Shown: piece by piece, positions 7,779-18,641 of the stretch
Layout: each line of letters begins with the position of its first letter
How positions within the stretch are numbered: position 1 is the stretch's first letter
From: a virus
Strand: one strand, 5' to 3'
DNA length: 64,000 bases
Virus record (IMG/VR): IMGVR_UViG_3300010430_000013
Coordinates: 25,734-89,733 of that record
Notes under the pieces: model-generated
The model's input: only the letters and a program-made list of their open reading frames with translations
The model's database searches: none
Told to the model about the DNA's origin: nothing
Position numbers and translations under genes: made by a program

Positions 7779-8189
7779 ATGATTAAAAGCTACAAAAAAC
7801 GAAAAATAGATTTAACTTCAAAGGTGCAGGTTTATAAAAATTTACACAAAGATTGTTACTCAATAAGACAAAACGGCCTGGTGGTAGGGCATGCCGACAA
7901 GGTAGTCCTGTGGGGATGCGCTTTCAAAGTAAGCAAAATGGGTGTCCAAAAGATACGGAAAGAAAAAAAGAAATCCGTAATTGCTTACGTGGAAGGAAAT
8001 ATTTCTCCATGTCGTAGGCCAATAACCAGGGTCTTTGAGCAGAATCTTGAAAATGAAAAAATTTCATCAGACTTCACCTTTAATCCCTATAAAAACGAGG
8101 AGTTTATATGCACCAAGACACAAACCCCACTGAAGACGGCAGCGTATTGTCTCTTGGATTCCAAGAGAAGAAAGGTCGTCCTTTGGTAA
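7779..8189 (+). CDS. conserved phage hypothetical protein
   Basis: VYKNLHKDCYSIR...GLVVGHA...AYVEG pattern. Confidence 0.7.
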   Translation: MIKSYKKRKIDLTSKVQVYKNLHKDCYSIRQNGLVVGHADKVVLWGCAFKVSKMGVQKIRKEKKKSVIAYVEGNISPCRRPITRVFEQNLENEKISSDFTFNPYKNEEFICTKTQTPLKTAAYCLLDSKRRKVVLW

Positions 8190-8464
8190 CTTTCGGCGTA
8201 GATAGCGCCGGACAACTGGTAATTAAACTTCACGAGGGAGCAACTTCTGACGCAGAGTCATTGTCTGCGGCTATGTTTTACCTGACTCAGAAACCAGAAA
8301 TTGTAGAGCAAAAACTTATCCAGGCCGTTCAAAATATTCTTTTGAATAATCCAGAAAAAGCCACGGAAATGGCGAACGCTTTGACCAGATTTAAAACCTT
8401 GGTAGCCTTAACTTCGGTTGAAAGACCAACTATGAGTGGTTACGATGTTTTTGTAGGATAATAA

Positions 8465-8899
8465 ATGACTGATTTAGAAAAAGAAAAGTACATTAACGTT
8501 TCTGAGCGGCAAATTGATTTTAAGCCCATTACTGAAAGTGATTTTTTCGAATCTACGGAAGAAATGGTATACTCTGCCCAGGAAGCCGAACAAGTAGCGT
8601 CCCATCCATTATCTAATATTTACGCAAATAACTTGAGATGGGCGCTCAGTTCCTTTAATTTGTTCGAATTTCACACAAATTTTCCAATTACAGAGCAAGT
8701 TCTGGACACAATTGAAAAAACCGCAGGAGTTGAAAGCATTTCTCAGTATACTAAGTACCGTGGGATTATCAGCGTTGGGCGGCTTTTTGATGATGTTGTC
8801 GTCAGAAATGATATTCGAGAGGGTATTACCAAAACTTTCCAGAAGCAGAACGAAGACATCGAACCGCTTTTAAATGAACAAACTAAAGAGGAGGACTGA
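8465..8899 (+). CDS. hypothetical protein
   Basis: 144-aa ORF with RBS. Confidence 0.7.
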   Translation: MTDLEKEKYINVSERQIDFKPITESDFFESTEEMVYSAQEAEQVASHPLSNIYANNLRWALSSFNLFEFHTNFPITEQVLDTIEKTAGVESISQYTKYRGIISVGRLFDDVVVRNDIREGITKTFQKQNEDIEPLLNEQTKEED

Positions 8900-8965
8900 T
8901 ATGGTGTATATTATAACAGGAATACCTTTATTTCTTGTTAATATAGCCAATAAGTGAGACAAATC

Positions 8966-9412
8966 ATGAGTGAGTTCATTCCGAATAATGCTGTGGATGG
9001 CAATCAGGTTGAAAGGGGCGCTATTTGGGGCGTAAAAAGCTCTAGCAACTCGGCTGCTGTGCAAGCACATTACTTTACTGCACTTCCTTCGGGTTCGACG
9101 GACGCTACCAGTTCGCTGGTTTGTAGCCCGTCAAACGTAGGTGATTATGCCTGTACCCCTTGGACTGGCAAAAACGTTGTCGATTATAATAGCTGTCAGG
9201 AGCAATTGTGCCCTGCTACGGCAGAAACTATCGCAGACAACACTGAGTCGTACACAGTAACCTTGTGGGACGACCAGCAAAAATGCGCAACAAAGTATCA
9301 GTTTGCTAGCTGTGGGGGAGACCCTAAAAGCGGTGAACCAATCACTTCCTGGGATGCTGCACAGGTGTCTGGAGTATCTGCTCCAGGTAGTGACGCAGAT
9401 CAAACAATTTAA
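8966..9412 (+). CDS. possible virion/late protein, acidic and Cys-containing
   Basis: Preceded by TGGTGTATATTATA motif; composition resembles the - strand structural proteins. Confidence 0.55.
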   Translation: MSEFIPNNAVDGNQVERGAIWGVKSSSNSAAVQAHYFTALPSGSTDATSSLVCSPSNVGDYACTPWTGKNVVDYNSCQEQLCPATAETIADNTESYTVTLWDDQQKCATKYQFASCGGDPKSGEPITSWDAAQVSGVSAPGSDADQTI

Positions 9413-9445
9413 TTTTAAACTAGCTATATTAACAGGACACGATTT

Positions 9446-9631
9446 ATGTCTGGATTTGACTATGAGCTTTGGTTAGTAGAACGGGACAACACCGGGAAAC
9501 CGGTGTTGAACTCGTTTGGGAATCCCCGATACAAAAAAATGACATCTAACGATGCTAATGATGTATCGGCTTTCTTCGATAAGTATTCGGGAAAGAAGCG
9601 CAAAAAGAAGACTAAAAAAACTAAAAAATAA
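9446..9631 (+). CDS. hypothetical protein with basic tail
   Basis: RBS AGGA; Lys-rich C-terminus. Confidence 0.65.
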   Translation: MSGFDYELWLVERDNTGKPVLNSFGNPRYKKMTSNDANDVSAFFDKYSGKKRKKKTKKTKK

Positions 9632-9891
9632 TCAGGTCAAGGATTTGTACATGTCAGAATTTTTCATACCACGAAGAGACCTGTTAGAAATAAATTGTTT
9701 CTCTATCAATAGGATTTTATTTGAACCAGAAGGCGTTCCAGGTAGGTTTTCTGCTATGAGGCTTTCTATTCTGGTGCAGCTTTTATCTCGAAACGGCGTT
9801 CAGGCTGATGCGGTTGAAAACATGTTTAGAGAATCAGCCGCAAAATGCACAACTGGAATTAGATTTAACACTTCTAAAAATGAATTAATCT

Positions 9892-10329
9892 ATGAGTAAT
9901 ATTTATACTACAGAGGCCGGAACCGGTCAATTCTTGATGAATGATGCATCGGGGAATATGACTTGGTCTGACCCAGTTTACGCTTCTACAACGAACTCAG
10001 TCTACGATACTTGGTCTGGGACCAATCAATGGAACTACACAATAAAAGTTCCTAACCCTAATGAAGAACTCCCAGAAACATTAAAACAGATAACCGACCA
10101 CACTCTTGAAGAATGCTGGAAGGACTCACGAGTCAAGTGCTTTAGTTCTAGAGAAGAGCTATATTCCTACATCGACTCACTAGAATATGAGTCTACGGTT
10201 TTCTTCCATGAAGAGATTTCCAAAAAGGTAAAGCCTAAAACTATTCTTCATGTATTTAAAGATTATGGGCGAGTTGGACTAATCCTCAGTGGCGACTCAA
10301 GTGAAATTTTCTTCGTTAAAGATGAATAG
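9892..10329 (+). CDS. hypothetical protein
   Basis: Overlapping start; 145 aa. Confidence 0.6.
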   Translation: MSNIYTTEAGTGQFLMNDASGNMTWSDPVYASTTNSVYDTWSGTNQWNYTIKVPNPNEELPETLKQITDHTLEECWKDSRVKCFSSREELYSYIDSLEYESTVFFHEEISKKVKPKTILHVFKDYGRVGLILSGDSSEIFFVKDE

Positions 10330-10785
10330 CTCTGATTTAATCCCAATACTGGCTATGCTGCTGTATTCTACACAGGGCTTCATATTACTACATAAAAGGC
10401 AGTACGGATTTGCCTTAATGTGGTTTTCTTATGCTGTAGCAAACATCGGCATCTTAATTGCACAAAGAAAATAAAATGAATTGGAAATATTATCCATTAG
10501 AGTCGCCCAAGCGGGCTGGAAAATATTTGGTCGTACTTGAGTGCATGGGCGAACGTTGGGTTTCTATTAAACCTTGGGGTCAAACGCAAGTTCATAGCGG
10601 AAGCTCATTTGGTCACAAACAAGAAAAGTGCTGGTTTCTGGGCATGGAATTTAAAGATACGCAAGTTGTAAAGTGGTGTGAGATACCACCTTGGGAATAG
10701 TCAAAAAAAACTTGATGACGTAACTCGTTGATTGGTGTAGAATACTATTAGCCAATTAATTTAACCCAACAATGGACGTATCCCA

Positions 10786-13782
10786 ATGGAAAACAATCTT
10801 CCCACCCCTTACCAAGAGTTCATTCATCTTTCACGTTACGCTCGATGGCTTCCAGAAGAAAAAAGACGAGAGACTTGGGAAGAAACGGTTGATAGATTAG
10901 TTAACTTCTTTGAAGAGCACCTTAAGGAAAACTTTGACTTTGAGTTAGGCAAGGCAAAAAACCGCCTCCGCAAAGGAATCTTGAATCTTCAGGTTGTTCC
11001 AAGCATGAGGGCGCTTTGGGCTGCTGGTCCCGCTGCATCACGCGATAATGTGGCATGTTACAACTGTTCAGCTTTGCCTATCGACAAGCCCGCATCTTTT
11101 GATGAATTATTTTATATTTTAATGAATGGCTGTGGCGTCGGATTCTCAGTTGAACGACAGTTTATCAACAAGCTTCCTGAGGTGTCTGATAGCTTCCATG
11201 AGTCCGATACAACCATCGTGGTGAGTGATAGCACCATCGGCTGGTGCAAGGCGTTAAAAGAGCTTATAGGCATGCTCTACGTGGGGCAGGTTCCAAGATG
11301 GGATCTATCGAAGATTCGCCCTGCCGGAACTCCACTTAAAACCAAAGGCGGTCGAGCTTCTGGTGGCGAAATTCTCGGTCAACTGTTTGACTTTGTTGTA
11401 GTTACCTTTAAGGGTGCATCGGGCCGAAAGCTAAACTCTCTTGAGTGTCACGATATCTGCTGCAAAATTGCTGAAATCGTAACCGTCGGAGGTTGTCGCC
11501 GTTCAGCTTTGCTGAGTTTGTCCAATTTGTCAGATTTACGCATGAGAGAAGCAAAAGTTGGGCGTTGGTGGGAAGAAAGCGCTCAACGTGCAATGGCAAA
11601 CAACAGTGTGGCTTACACAGAAAAGCCAGATATGGGCATCTTTATGGAAGAATGGAAGTCCCTCTATGACAGTAAATCTGGCGAGAGAGGTATCTTTAAT
11701 CGGGAGTCTTGCAAAAAAATTATCGAAAAGATTGGTCGCAGGGATACTGATTTTGAGTTTTTAACTAATCCGTGTGTCACATCTGATACATGGATTGATA
11801 CTTCCGAAGGTCCGATTCAAGCATTCAATCTGATCAACAAGCCATTTCTGGCAACAGTAAATGGAAAAAATTATGAATGTAAAACAGGTTTCTTTAAAAC
11901 GGGACATAAAGATGTTTACGAAATCGAAACCTCTCGCGGATACTCAATTAAATGCACCTCTGACCACAAAATCTTAACAATTAAAGAAGGTCAAGAGCTT
12001 TGGGTTGAGGCGCAACATCTAGACGAGAGTTCAAATATCTGTATTAATCAGCTTGTTCATCAGGATGATTACGATTTGGATTTGAATGAATTTCATCAAG
12101 GTTGGCTAATGGGGGAAGTAGCTGGAGACGGCGGTCACAATCCTGAAAAATATCCTTCGTATGTCAGATTCTGGGGACATAATCGACATCAAATGTCGTC
12201 TATGGCTCACGATTTCGTTAAAGATTTGCCTTATGATTCGCACAGGCCAACAGCGCTTGCTGATGATCCCACTGACAACGGAACTTATAGTCAATCGGCC
12301 AGCAGAGCGCTTGACGAGCTACTGGAGGGCATGCTTGAGCCAGAAACCAAGAATATCCTGCCAGCCCTAGAGGGGGCGTCAGACTCTACTGTGAGAGGCT
12401 TCTTGAGGGGCATTTTTGATGCTGATGGAACCGTGCTTTTTAATAAAGAGAAGGGGCGCTCAGTAAGGCTTGGTCAGAACAATTTAGACCGACTTAAGTC
12501 AGTTCAGAGAATGCTGCATCGTTTTGGTATTGAGTCTTCGGTTTATCAAAATCGAAAACCTGAAGGTTATTACGAAATGCCTGACGGAAAAGGAGGTAAT
12601 AAAGAATACTTCTGTAAGGCTATGCATGAACTGGCTATCTCTCGTGAAAACATTTGCAAGTTTGCAGAATTAATTAATTTTTATGATGCTGACAAAAAAA
12701 CAAAACTAACTGAGTGCATTGATTCGTTAAGTCGAACTCCGTATAAAGACAAAATGACCACGAATTTCGTGTCTCGTCGTCATATCGGTCAGCAAGACGT
12801 TTATGATTGCACAGTGGATGAAGTGCATCGGTTTGGAGCGAATGGAATTATTATTCATAATTGTAGCGAAATATTACTCAGACCTCGTGGATTCTGTAAC
12901 CTCTCAGAAGTAATCCTTAGGGAGGATGATACAGAAGAAACAATCCTTGAAAAGATTGAACTAGCAACAATTCTTGGAACCATCCAAAGCACCTTTACTA
13001 ATTTTCGCTATCTTAGCAAAAACTGGAAGAAGAACGCAGACGAAGAGCGACTGCTTGGTGTTTCGATGACTGGAATTATGGACTGTCCTCTTACGAATGA
13101 TTCCGTAGAAGGTCTTGAAGGAAGGTTAGAGAGATTCAAAGAAAGGGCCATTGAAGTAAATAAAAAATGGGCAAAGTCTATTGGTATTAATCAGTCTGCT
13201 GCTATTACCTGCGTTAAACCGTCAGGCAATACTTCACAGCTTTGCGACACTGCAAGTGGAATTCATACTCGTCACTCTCCTTACTACATCAGAACGGTTA
13301 GGTCTGACAAAAAAGACCCGCTAACCAAACTAATGATTGATAAGGGGTTTCCATATGAGGACGAAATTAACAATCCTCAAAATATTGCAGTGTTTAGTTT
13401 TCCAATTAAAGCTCCTGAGCAATCGTTTTTTAGAAATGATAAGACCGCTCTTGAGCAGCTAGAGCTTTGGAAGAAGTATCAGTTGCATTACTGTGAGCAT
13501 AAGCCATCTATTACGGTTTCGGTAAAAGAAGACGAATGGCTTGAGGTTGGTGCCTGGGTTTATAAAAACTTTGATTTGATGAGCGGCGTTTCTTTCTTGC
13601 CGTTCAGTGATCATGTCTATAAGCAAGCGCCTTATCAGGATTGCACTAAAGAACAATACGAAGAGCTTTTGGCAAAGATGCCGAAAACTATTGACTGGTC
13701 TGAACTATCTGCTTACGAGTCCTCGGATATGACTACCGGAGCACGAGAATTAGCATGTACTGCTGGAGGCTGCGAAATTTGA
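10786..13782 (+). CDS. nrdJ: class II (B12-dependent) ribonucleotide reductase with intein
   Basis: SRYARW, RETWEETVDR, PSMRAL, YNCS, GGCRRSA, NPC/CSEI, FCNLSE, TCVKPSG, C-terminal LACTAGGCEI; no nrdB/nrdF small subunit adjacent. Confidence 0.92.
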   Translation: MENNLPTPYQEFIHLSRYARWLPEEKRRETWEETVDRLVNFFEEHLKENFDFELGKAKNRLRKGILNLQVVPSMRALWAAGPAASRDNVACYNCSALPIDKPASFDELFYILMNGCGVGFSVERQFINKLPEVSDSFHESDTTIVVSDSTIGWCKALKELIGMLYVGQVPRWDLSKIRPAGTPLKTKGGRASGGEILGQLFDFVVVTFKGASGRKLNSLECHDICCKIAEIVTVGGCRRSALLSLSNLSDLRMREAKVGRWWEESAQRAMANNSVAYTEKPDMGIFMEEWKSLYDSKSGERGIFNRESCKKIIEKIGRRDTDFEFLTNPCVTSDTWIDTSEGPIQAFNLINKPFLATVNGKNYECKTGFFKTGHKDVYEIETSRGYSIKCTSDHKILTIKEGQELWVEAQHLDESSNICINQLVHQDDYDLDLNEFHQGWLMGEVAGDGGHNPEKYPSYVRFWGHNRHQMSSMAHDFVKDLPYDSHRPTALADDPTDNGTYSQSASRALDELLEGMLEPETKNILPALEGASDSTVRGFLRGIFDADGTVLFNKEKGRSVRLGQNNLDRLKSVQRMLHRFGIESSVYQNRKPEGYYEMPDGKGGNKEYFCKAMHELAISRENICKFAELINFYDADKKTKLTECIDSLSRTPYKDKMTTNFVSRRHIGQQDVYDCTVDEVHRFGANGIIIHNCSEILLRPRGFCNLSEVILREDDTEETILEKIELATILGTIQSTFTNFRYLSKNWKKNADEERLLGVSMTGIMDCPLTNDSVEGLEGRLERFKERAIEVNKKWAKSIGINQSAAITCVKPSGNTSQLCDTASGIHTRHSPYYIRTVRSDKKDPLTKLMIDKGFPYEDEINNPQNIAVFSFPIKAPEQSFFRNDKTALEQLELWKKYQLHYCEHKPSITVSVKEDEWLEVGAWVYKNFDLMSGVSFLPFSDHVYKQAPYQDCTKEQYEELLAKMPKTIDWSELSAYESSDMTTGARELACTAGGCEI
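11773..12861 (+). mobile_element. intein with LAGLIDADG homing endonuclease (363 aa) at the active-site Cys of NrdJ
   Basis: NP|CVTSDT...TSDHK...GEVAGDG...LRGIFDADG...VYDCTV...IIHN|CSE. Confidence 0.95.
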
Positions 13783-13963
13783 AGCCGTTAAAAGAATTAA
13801 TAGATCTTAATGAAAACTTCTTCTGTGAATGGACCGGGGTAACGGATGACCCCGTAGGTTTGAAATATAGCACTAAGTGTGGAAACACAGTCTTTGAATT
13901 TGAAACCAAGCCTCACGTTTCATGGAAATTTTGTCCATTCTGCGGAAAAATGCTGAAGCCATA

Positions 13964-14233
13964 ATGTACATTCCAGATTTTAACGTACTAGACCAACTGA
14001 AACCTTGTCCGTTTTGCGGTGGGCCACCTCTTGTTATTGAGAATGACTCATATGGTGGATGCTTTGTAGAGTGTACAAAATGCGATATAGGCTTTATGGA
14101 CGAAGCTGACAATCTACAAAATGTAGTTGAAATTTGGCAAACGCGCAAGTATCGCGAAAATCCATTCAATTTTCTCTATGAATTTGAGCATTGGTTTGCT
14201 TTTGAGGTTGCTATAAGAAACAATGACGACTAA
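13964..14233 (+). CDS. Lar-like zinc-ribbon protein (restriction alleviation family)
   Basis: LKPCPFCGG...VECTKC...VEIW. Confidence 0.65.
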   Translation: MYIPDFNVLDQLKPCPFCGGPPLVIENDSYGGCFVECTKCDIGFMDEADNLQNVVEIWQTRKYRENPFNFLYEFEHWFAFEVAIRNNDD

Positions 14234-14528
14234 AATAAAGTGTCAGGAATGTTCGTCAACCGGAAATGTCACAGTATTCGAAGATGGAGATAAGTTATGC
14301 GACAACTGTCTTTGTAAGAAGGCTAGACAAGGCGTAAAAGATTCTCTTAACAAGCGGTGCCCTAAAAAACATTGGGCTTTTGCCTTTCCTGAAATGGCAA
14401 ATAAAGTTGGGATAGACATGAAGAAAATTTGTCCAGATTGCGAACTCGCTGTGGTCAAATTTGAAAAAGACTTGTGGACATGTCCTTCTTGTAAAACAGA
14501 TTTTCCTAAAGAACGATTTAAACAATGA
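14223..14528 (+). CDS. multi-CxxC zinc-binding protein
   Basis: Four CxxC pairs. Confidence 0.6.
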   Translation: MTTKIKCQECSSTGNVTVFEDGDKLCDNCLCKKARQGVKDSLNKRCPKKHWAFAFPEMANKVGIDMKKICPDCELAVVKFEKDLWTCPSCKTDFPKERFKQ

Positions 14529-15055
14529 ATGAAGAACACGTAAATGAGATTTTAAAAGACCTATCTATTGAGACATGTGCTCAGATTTTGGGTAACACAT
14601 GTCGCTTTAATGGTCGTTATGATTTTAGCAGCGTAGCAACACATAGCGTCTACGTTAGCAGACTCTTAGAAGACAGAGGTTGCTCGGCTGAAGTTCAAAT
14701 GTGCGGATTGTTGCATGATTTGAATGAGATTCTAATTGGGGATATTGTCAAGCCGATTAAACCATATTTGTTAGTTCTTAATGATAATCATTATATCAAT
14801 ATCTCGGTCTTCGAAGGACTCTTGATGGAACAAATTCTAGACTTGCTTGGGCATTATGACTTAAAACAAACGTTTAATGACTTTCGTCACGAGATTAAAC
14901 AAGCAGACAGGGATTCTTTAGCTGAAGAAAAAAAGCTAATCGATAAACAGCACACGGATTACTTTTTTGAAAACCCTGCGGAGGGGCGAGACTCTTTTCT
15001 TGAAAGATACCGAAAGCTTGAACTCTTAATGAAAGAAGAACGAGTTAATGCGTAG
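14525..15055 (+). CDS. HD-domain 5'-deoxynucleotidase (YfbR/YfdR-like)
   Basis: CRFNG, SVATHS, LLHDLNE, GDIVKPIK, KQAD. Confidence 0.85.
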   Translation: MNEEHVNEILKDLSIETCAQILGNTCRFNGRYDFSSVATHSVYVSRLLEDRGCSAEVQMCGLLHDLNEILIGDIVKPIKPYLLVLNDNHYINISVFEGLLMEQILDLLGHYDLKQTFNDFRHEIKQADRDSLAEEKKLIDKQHTDYFFENPAEGRDSFLERYRKLELLMKEERVNA

Positions 15056-15692
15056 CTTCTCGATTTCTAATAGCGACACACTATTTGACTACTGGAATAA
15101 ACGAGAATCGGGCACAGAAAAAGAATCTCTGATTTGGATTTCCGAATCTAAAAAACTTCTTTACCTTAAGTCTTGTAAGTGTGCAAGTACCTCAATAGCT
15201 CAAACGCTTATTAAAAATATTCCAGATATGAAGAACTTGAGGGCCTACCGCAAAGCTCCTGATTTCTCTAAGTATTACAAAGTTACATTTGTACGGAACC
15301 CATGGGATAGGATGGTTTCTTTGTATCACAATTATTATGATACGAATAAGCTTAAACGAAAATTCGAAGTTCCTGAAATGACCTTTGATGAATTTATGCA
15401 TTCTGATGTGATATTCAAATATCAAACAGTTACCCTTCACGCTATGCCAATTATGGAACTAACAGTTTTTAATGGTAAGCAGCAAATGGACTTCATAGGA
15501 AAAGTTGAAAATCTAAACCAAGACTTCGCCAAGTTAAGAAGGTTTACAACAGCAAAGCTCCCTAAGTCAAACGCTACAAAGAAAAGAAAACATTATTCAA
15601 AATACTATACCGATGAAACGAAGCAAATGATTGCAGAGTGGTATCACAAAGATATCGAGGAATTTGGCTACACATTTGAATTGGAAAAATAA
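15048..15692 (+). CDS. sulfotransferase (Sulfotransfer_2 family)
   Basis: KCASTSI (5'-PSB), FVRNPWDRMVSLY (3'-PB), DFIGKVENLNQDF, DIEEFGY. Confidence 0.88.
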   Translation: MRSFSISNSDTLFDYWNKRESGTEKESLIWISESKKLLYLKSCKCASTSIAQTLIKNIPDMKNLRAYRKAPDFSKYYKVTFVRNPWDRMVSLYHNYYDTNKLKRKFEVPEMTFDEFMHSDVIFKYQTVTLHAMPIMELTVFNGKQQMDFIGKVENLNQDFAKLRRFTTAKLPKSNATKKRKHYSKYYTDETKQMIAEWYHKDIEEFGYTFELEK

Positions 15693-16576
15693 TGAAAATT
15701 GTAATGGTGGCTCCAGGGCATAAAGAAATCACAGAAGGAATACATGGCGGCGGGCAACAATCATGTAAAGATATCTGCCAAGGTCTGGCTAAAAAGGGAC
15801 ACGAGATGTTTCTGGTTGGCCATCCGATGACAGATTTGTCTTGCGTGTCTAAGGTTTATCCATACGAGCCAGAAGAAAAGAACGCGGTTAAAGTGCTCAA
15901 GTATGTCTGTAATGAGGTCACGCCGGATGTGATTTTAGACTCTAGCGCTTTTCATACTGCGGCAAACGTAGACCTTGGAGTGGCTCGGGTTAATAGGTTA
16001 CCACAACCACGCCAACCCGGAATCAAATACCCTAACACGGTAGTCAACTCCCAATGGATGGCTGATAGAAACCCTGCCAAAGTCATTAAAACAGCAATGC
16101 GAGACGTTGGATATACTGAACGCATGAGCGAAACATGGCACGATTATGTTGTTTATACTGGAAGATTTTATCCATTTAAAGGATATGAGCATGTAAGACG
16201 ACTTCAAATGGCTGAAGCGCCAATCATCTCGATTGAGAATATTGATAGAGAAGTTTATTTTGATGTACTTTCAAAAGCAAAATACCTACTTCATCCCTCG
16301 GTGGAGGATGCCGCACCAAGGTCGCCAGTCGAAGCGGCTATGATGGGAATACCAACGCTTTGTTTGGATATCAGCGGAACGGTTGACCAAGTTATAGACG
16401 GGAAGACTGGATATGTCTGCTCTTCCCTAAATAACCTTTATGCAAGAATGACTCAACCTAGAGAGCTAAAACCTTCTGACATTAGAAACGCAATGCTGAA
16501 CGATAGGTCCTATGACCAAATGATTAACGAGTACGAACAACTTCTGCAAAACGCAGTCAATGGAGAGACTTGGTAA
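15692..16576 (+). CDS. GT-B glycosyltransferase (GT4-like)
   Basis: MKIVMVAP, GGQQ, GRFYPFKG, PSVED..PRSPVEAAMMGIP, DGKTGY. Confidence 0.85.
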   Translation: MKIVMVAPGHKEITEGIHGGGQQSCKDICQGLAKKGHEMFLVGHPMTDLSCVSKVYPYEPEEKNAVKVLKYVCNEVTPDVILDSSAFHTAANVDLGVARVNRLPQPRQPGIKYPNTVVNSQWMADRNPAKVIKTAMRDVGYTERMSETWHDYVVYTGRFYPFKGYEHVRRLQMAEAPIISIENIDREVYFDVLSKAKYLLHPSVEDAAPRSPVEAAMMGIPTLCLDISGTVDQVIDGKTGYVCSSLNNLYARMTQPRELKPSDIRNAMLNDRSYDQMINEYEQLLQNAVNGETW

Positions 16577-17355
16577 TGGTTAAAATTAATATTGTGTCAG
16601 ATAAGGATGGATGGGTTCTTCAGAGGATTTCCGAAGAGCTACATAAACGCTTACCCGACAGTAAGATCTATCCTTTTGGGGCTCAATACAGAGACGCTGA
16701 TTGGACTTGGTACTGCCATTTTAGCTTATGCTTGCGTGAGAATGTAAATACAAAAATTGGGGGTTTATTTACACATTTTGTTCCGGGTCAGGAACAGGCA
16801 TGGAAGTTAGCCTCTCGAAAGCTGGATCATTGCTTTAGTATGAGTGAACCTTGGGCGAATCATCTTCCTCCTGAAAAGACCAGCGTGACTAAGTGTGGTC
16901 TCTTTGATCATTTTATTCAACCATTAAGAATCTTATTCATCAACAAAGAAAACAATGGTAATGCATGGCGCAAAGGCGTAACTCTACAGAGAGAGCTTAA
17001 AAGCAGATTTCCCCAGGTAGAGTGGATGCATATTAATGGTGGCCTAACAAATGAACAGATGGTCGAAAAGATACGTTCTGTGGATTATGTTTGTTCTACC
17101 TCTAGGGTAGAGGGAGGAGCTATGCCATACATTGAATCTATCGCGCTGGGCAAATCCTTAATCCTTAGAAACTCTGAAGAGATTGGTTATCTTGAAGAAT
17201 GCAGAAACTATGGAGACGTACTGCGTTATTCCAGTGATGACGAATTATTTAATATTGTCGAAATGCTAATCAACACTAGGGACGCTCTTCATGAAGAATT
17301 CTCATGGGACAAATTCGCAGAACAACACCTCAAAATCTTTTCTGGGAAAAATTGA
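16576..17355 (+). CDS. GT-B glycosyltransferase
   Basis: RKG, STSRVEGGAMPYIESIALGK, FSWDKFAEQH. Confidence 0.8.
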   Translation: MVKINIVSDKDGWVLQRISEELHKRLPDSKIYPFGAQYRDADWTWYCHFSLCLRENVNTKIGGLFTHFVPGQEQAWKLASRKLDHCFSMSEPWANHLPPEKTSVTKCGLFDHFIQPLRILFINKENNGNAWRKGVTLQRELKSRFPQVEWMHINGGLTNEQMVEKIRSVDYVCSTSRVEGGAMPYIESIALGKSLILRNSEEIGYLEECRNYGDVLRYSSDDELFNIVEMLINTRDALHEEFSWDKFAEQHLKIFSGKN

Positions 17356-17500
17356 TAAAAAGTCAATAAAATTACCTGTCTTAGAGGAGCCGACAGAGTA
17401 TAATTTAGGTGAGCTTATAGCCAAGCTAGAGCAAAAGCATATTTATGGAATTAAAATAACTATAGAAAAGAACTACATCTCCTTAGAAGGAAAAGTTTAA

Positions 17501-18001
17501 ATGCCAAGAATTTCAGTTTCCGGTTTAGACGCGCAAGGTCTCACAGTAACCCTATATAGTGATAAAAGTGTCTCATCAGCAGAAGACACAGCAAAAGAAA
17601 CAGCTAAGCTTTTGAAAGACGCTTTCTACCTAGGCCTTAAGGGCGAAGTTGACCCAGATCAACCAAGGGGTCTCGATAGGCAATTTGTAACTCACTTTAT
17701 TCTTCGGAAAAAGGGTGAAGATCTTGAGGTGGATTTGTTTACTAAATATGCAAACATGAAAGTAGTAACTCTTTACCTTTCTAACGAAGGAATGGAAGAA
17801 GCTTTCAAGGATAAGTCTGGCATAGAATCTATGGCGGCATACAAGGTTTATCCAGCAACGGCTTTCGATAAATCTGAACAAGGCGAGACTTCAGAGTTCT
17901 TCCATAAGCTGCCAAAGTCTTTCCCGGTTACGATTAAGCCTAATGGAGTTTACAAAGACGGCAAGGCTAAAGGTAAACAAAAGATGAAAGCGATTCTCTG
18001 A
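17501..18001 (+). CDS. hypothetical protein
   Basis: RBS AAGGA; 166 aa. Confidence 0.7.
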   Translation: MPRISVSGLDAQGLTVTLYSDKSVSSAEDTAKETAKLLKDAFYLGLKGEVDPDQPRGLDRQFVTHFILRKKGEDLEVDLFTKYANMKVVTLYLSNEGMEEAFKDKSGIESMAAYKVYPATAFDKSEQGETSEFFHKLPKSFPVTIKPNGVYKDGKAKGKQKMKAIL

Positions 18002-18142
18002 TGCCTTCTTTAAGAGTTATTTTAGGTATGCTTGGGGCAACTTGGTTATTCTTCGGATTTATGGTCCTGGGACATCAAGTGATTTATTACCCCCTAGCGT
18101 GGTTATTTATTGGATTAGTTGTTTATTCATCAGGACTTGTAA

Positions 18143-18568
18143 ATGAAACTTTCTGTAAAATACAAAAAACTCGCAGAGAATGCTCAAGAACCAACAAAAG
18201 CCCACCCGTCTGATGGGGGCTGGGACTTGTATGCTTCAGAAATTGTACACGAGGGCTCCACGACTCTTGTTAAGCTAGGTTTTGGAATGAGTGTCCCAGA
18301 GGGCTGGTGTGCCAGAATTGCCCCCAGAAGCTCATTTACGAAGTATGGCTGGGTATTGAGCAACAGCCCAGCTTTGATTGACTGCTCCTACACTGGGGAA
18401 ATTATGCTAAGATTTACTGGCATTTCCGAGAAAATCTTCCCATATGGAGTTGGAGATAGAGTCGCCCAAATGACATTCGAAGAAGTTCCCGAAGTCCTTT
18501 GGGAGCAAGTAGATACGCTGGGAAATACGGCTCGTGGAGACGGTGGCTTCGGCAGTTCTGGAAAATGA
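18143..18568 (+). CDS. dut: dUTPase
   Basis: GGWDLYA, IAPRSS, LIDCSYTGEI, GDRVAQ, RGDGGFGSSG. Confidence 0.95.
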   Translation: MKLSVKYKKLAENAQEPTKAHPSDGGWDLYASEIVHEGSTTLVKLGFGMSVPEGWCARIAPRSSFTKYGWVLSNSPALIDCSYTGEIMLRFTGISEKIFPYGVGDRVAQMTFEEVPEVLWEQVDTLGNTARGDGGFGSSGK

Positions 18569-18641
18569 CCAGAAGTTGCGACTGCTTTGGTGTATATAAT
18601 ACTGTCAGACAACTGACCAAACTTAACACGAGGATTTAAAA

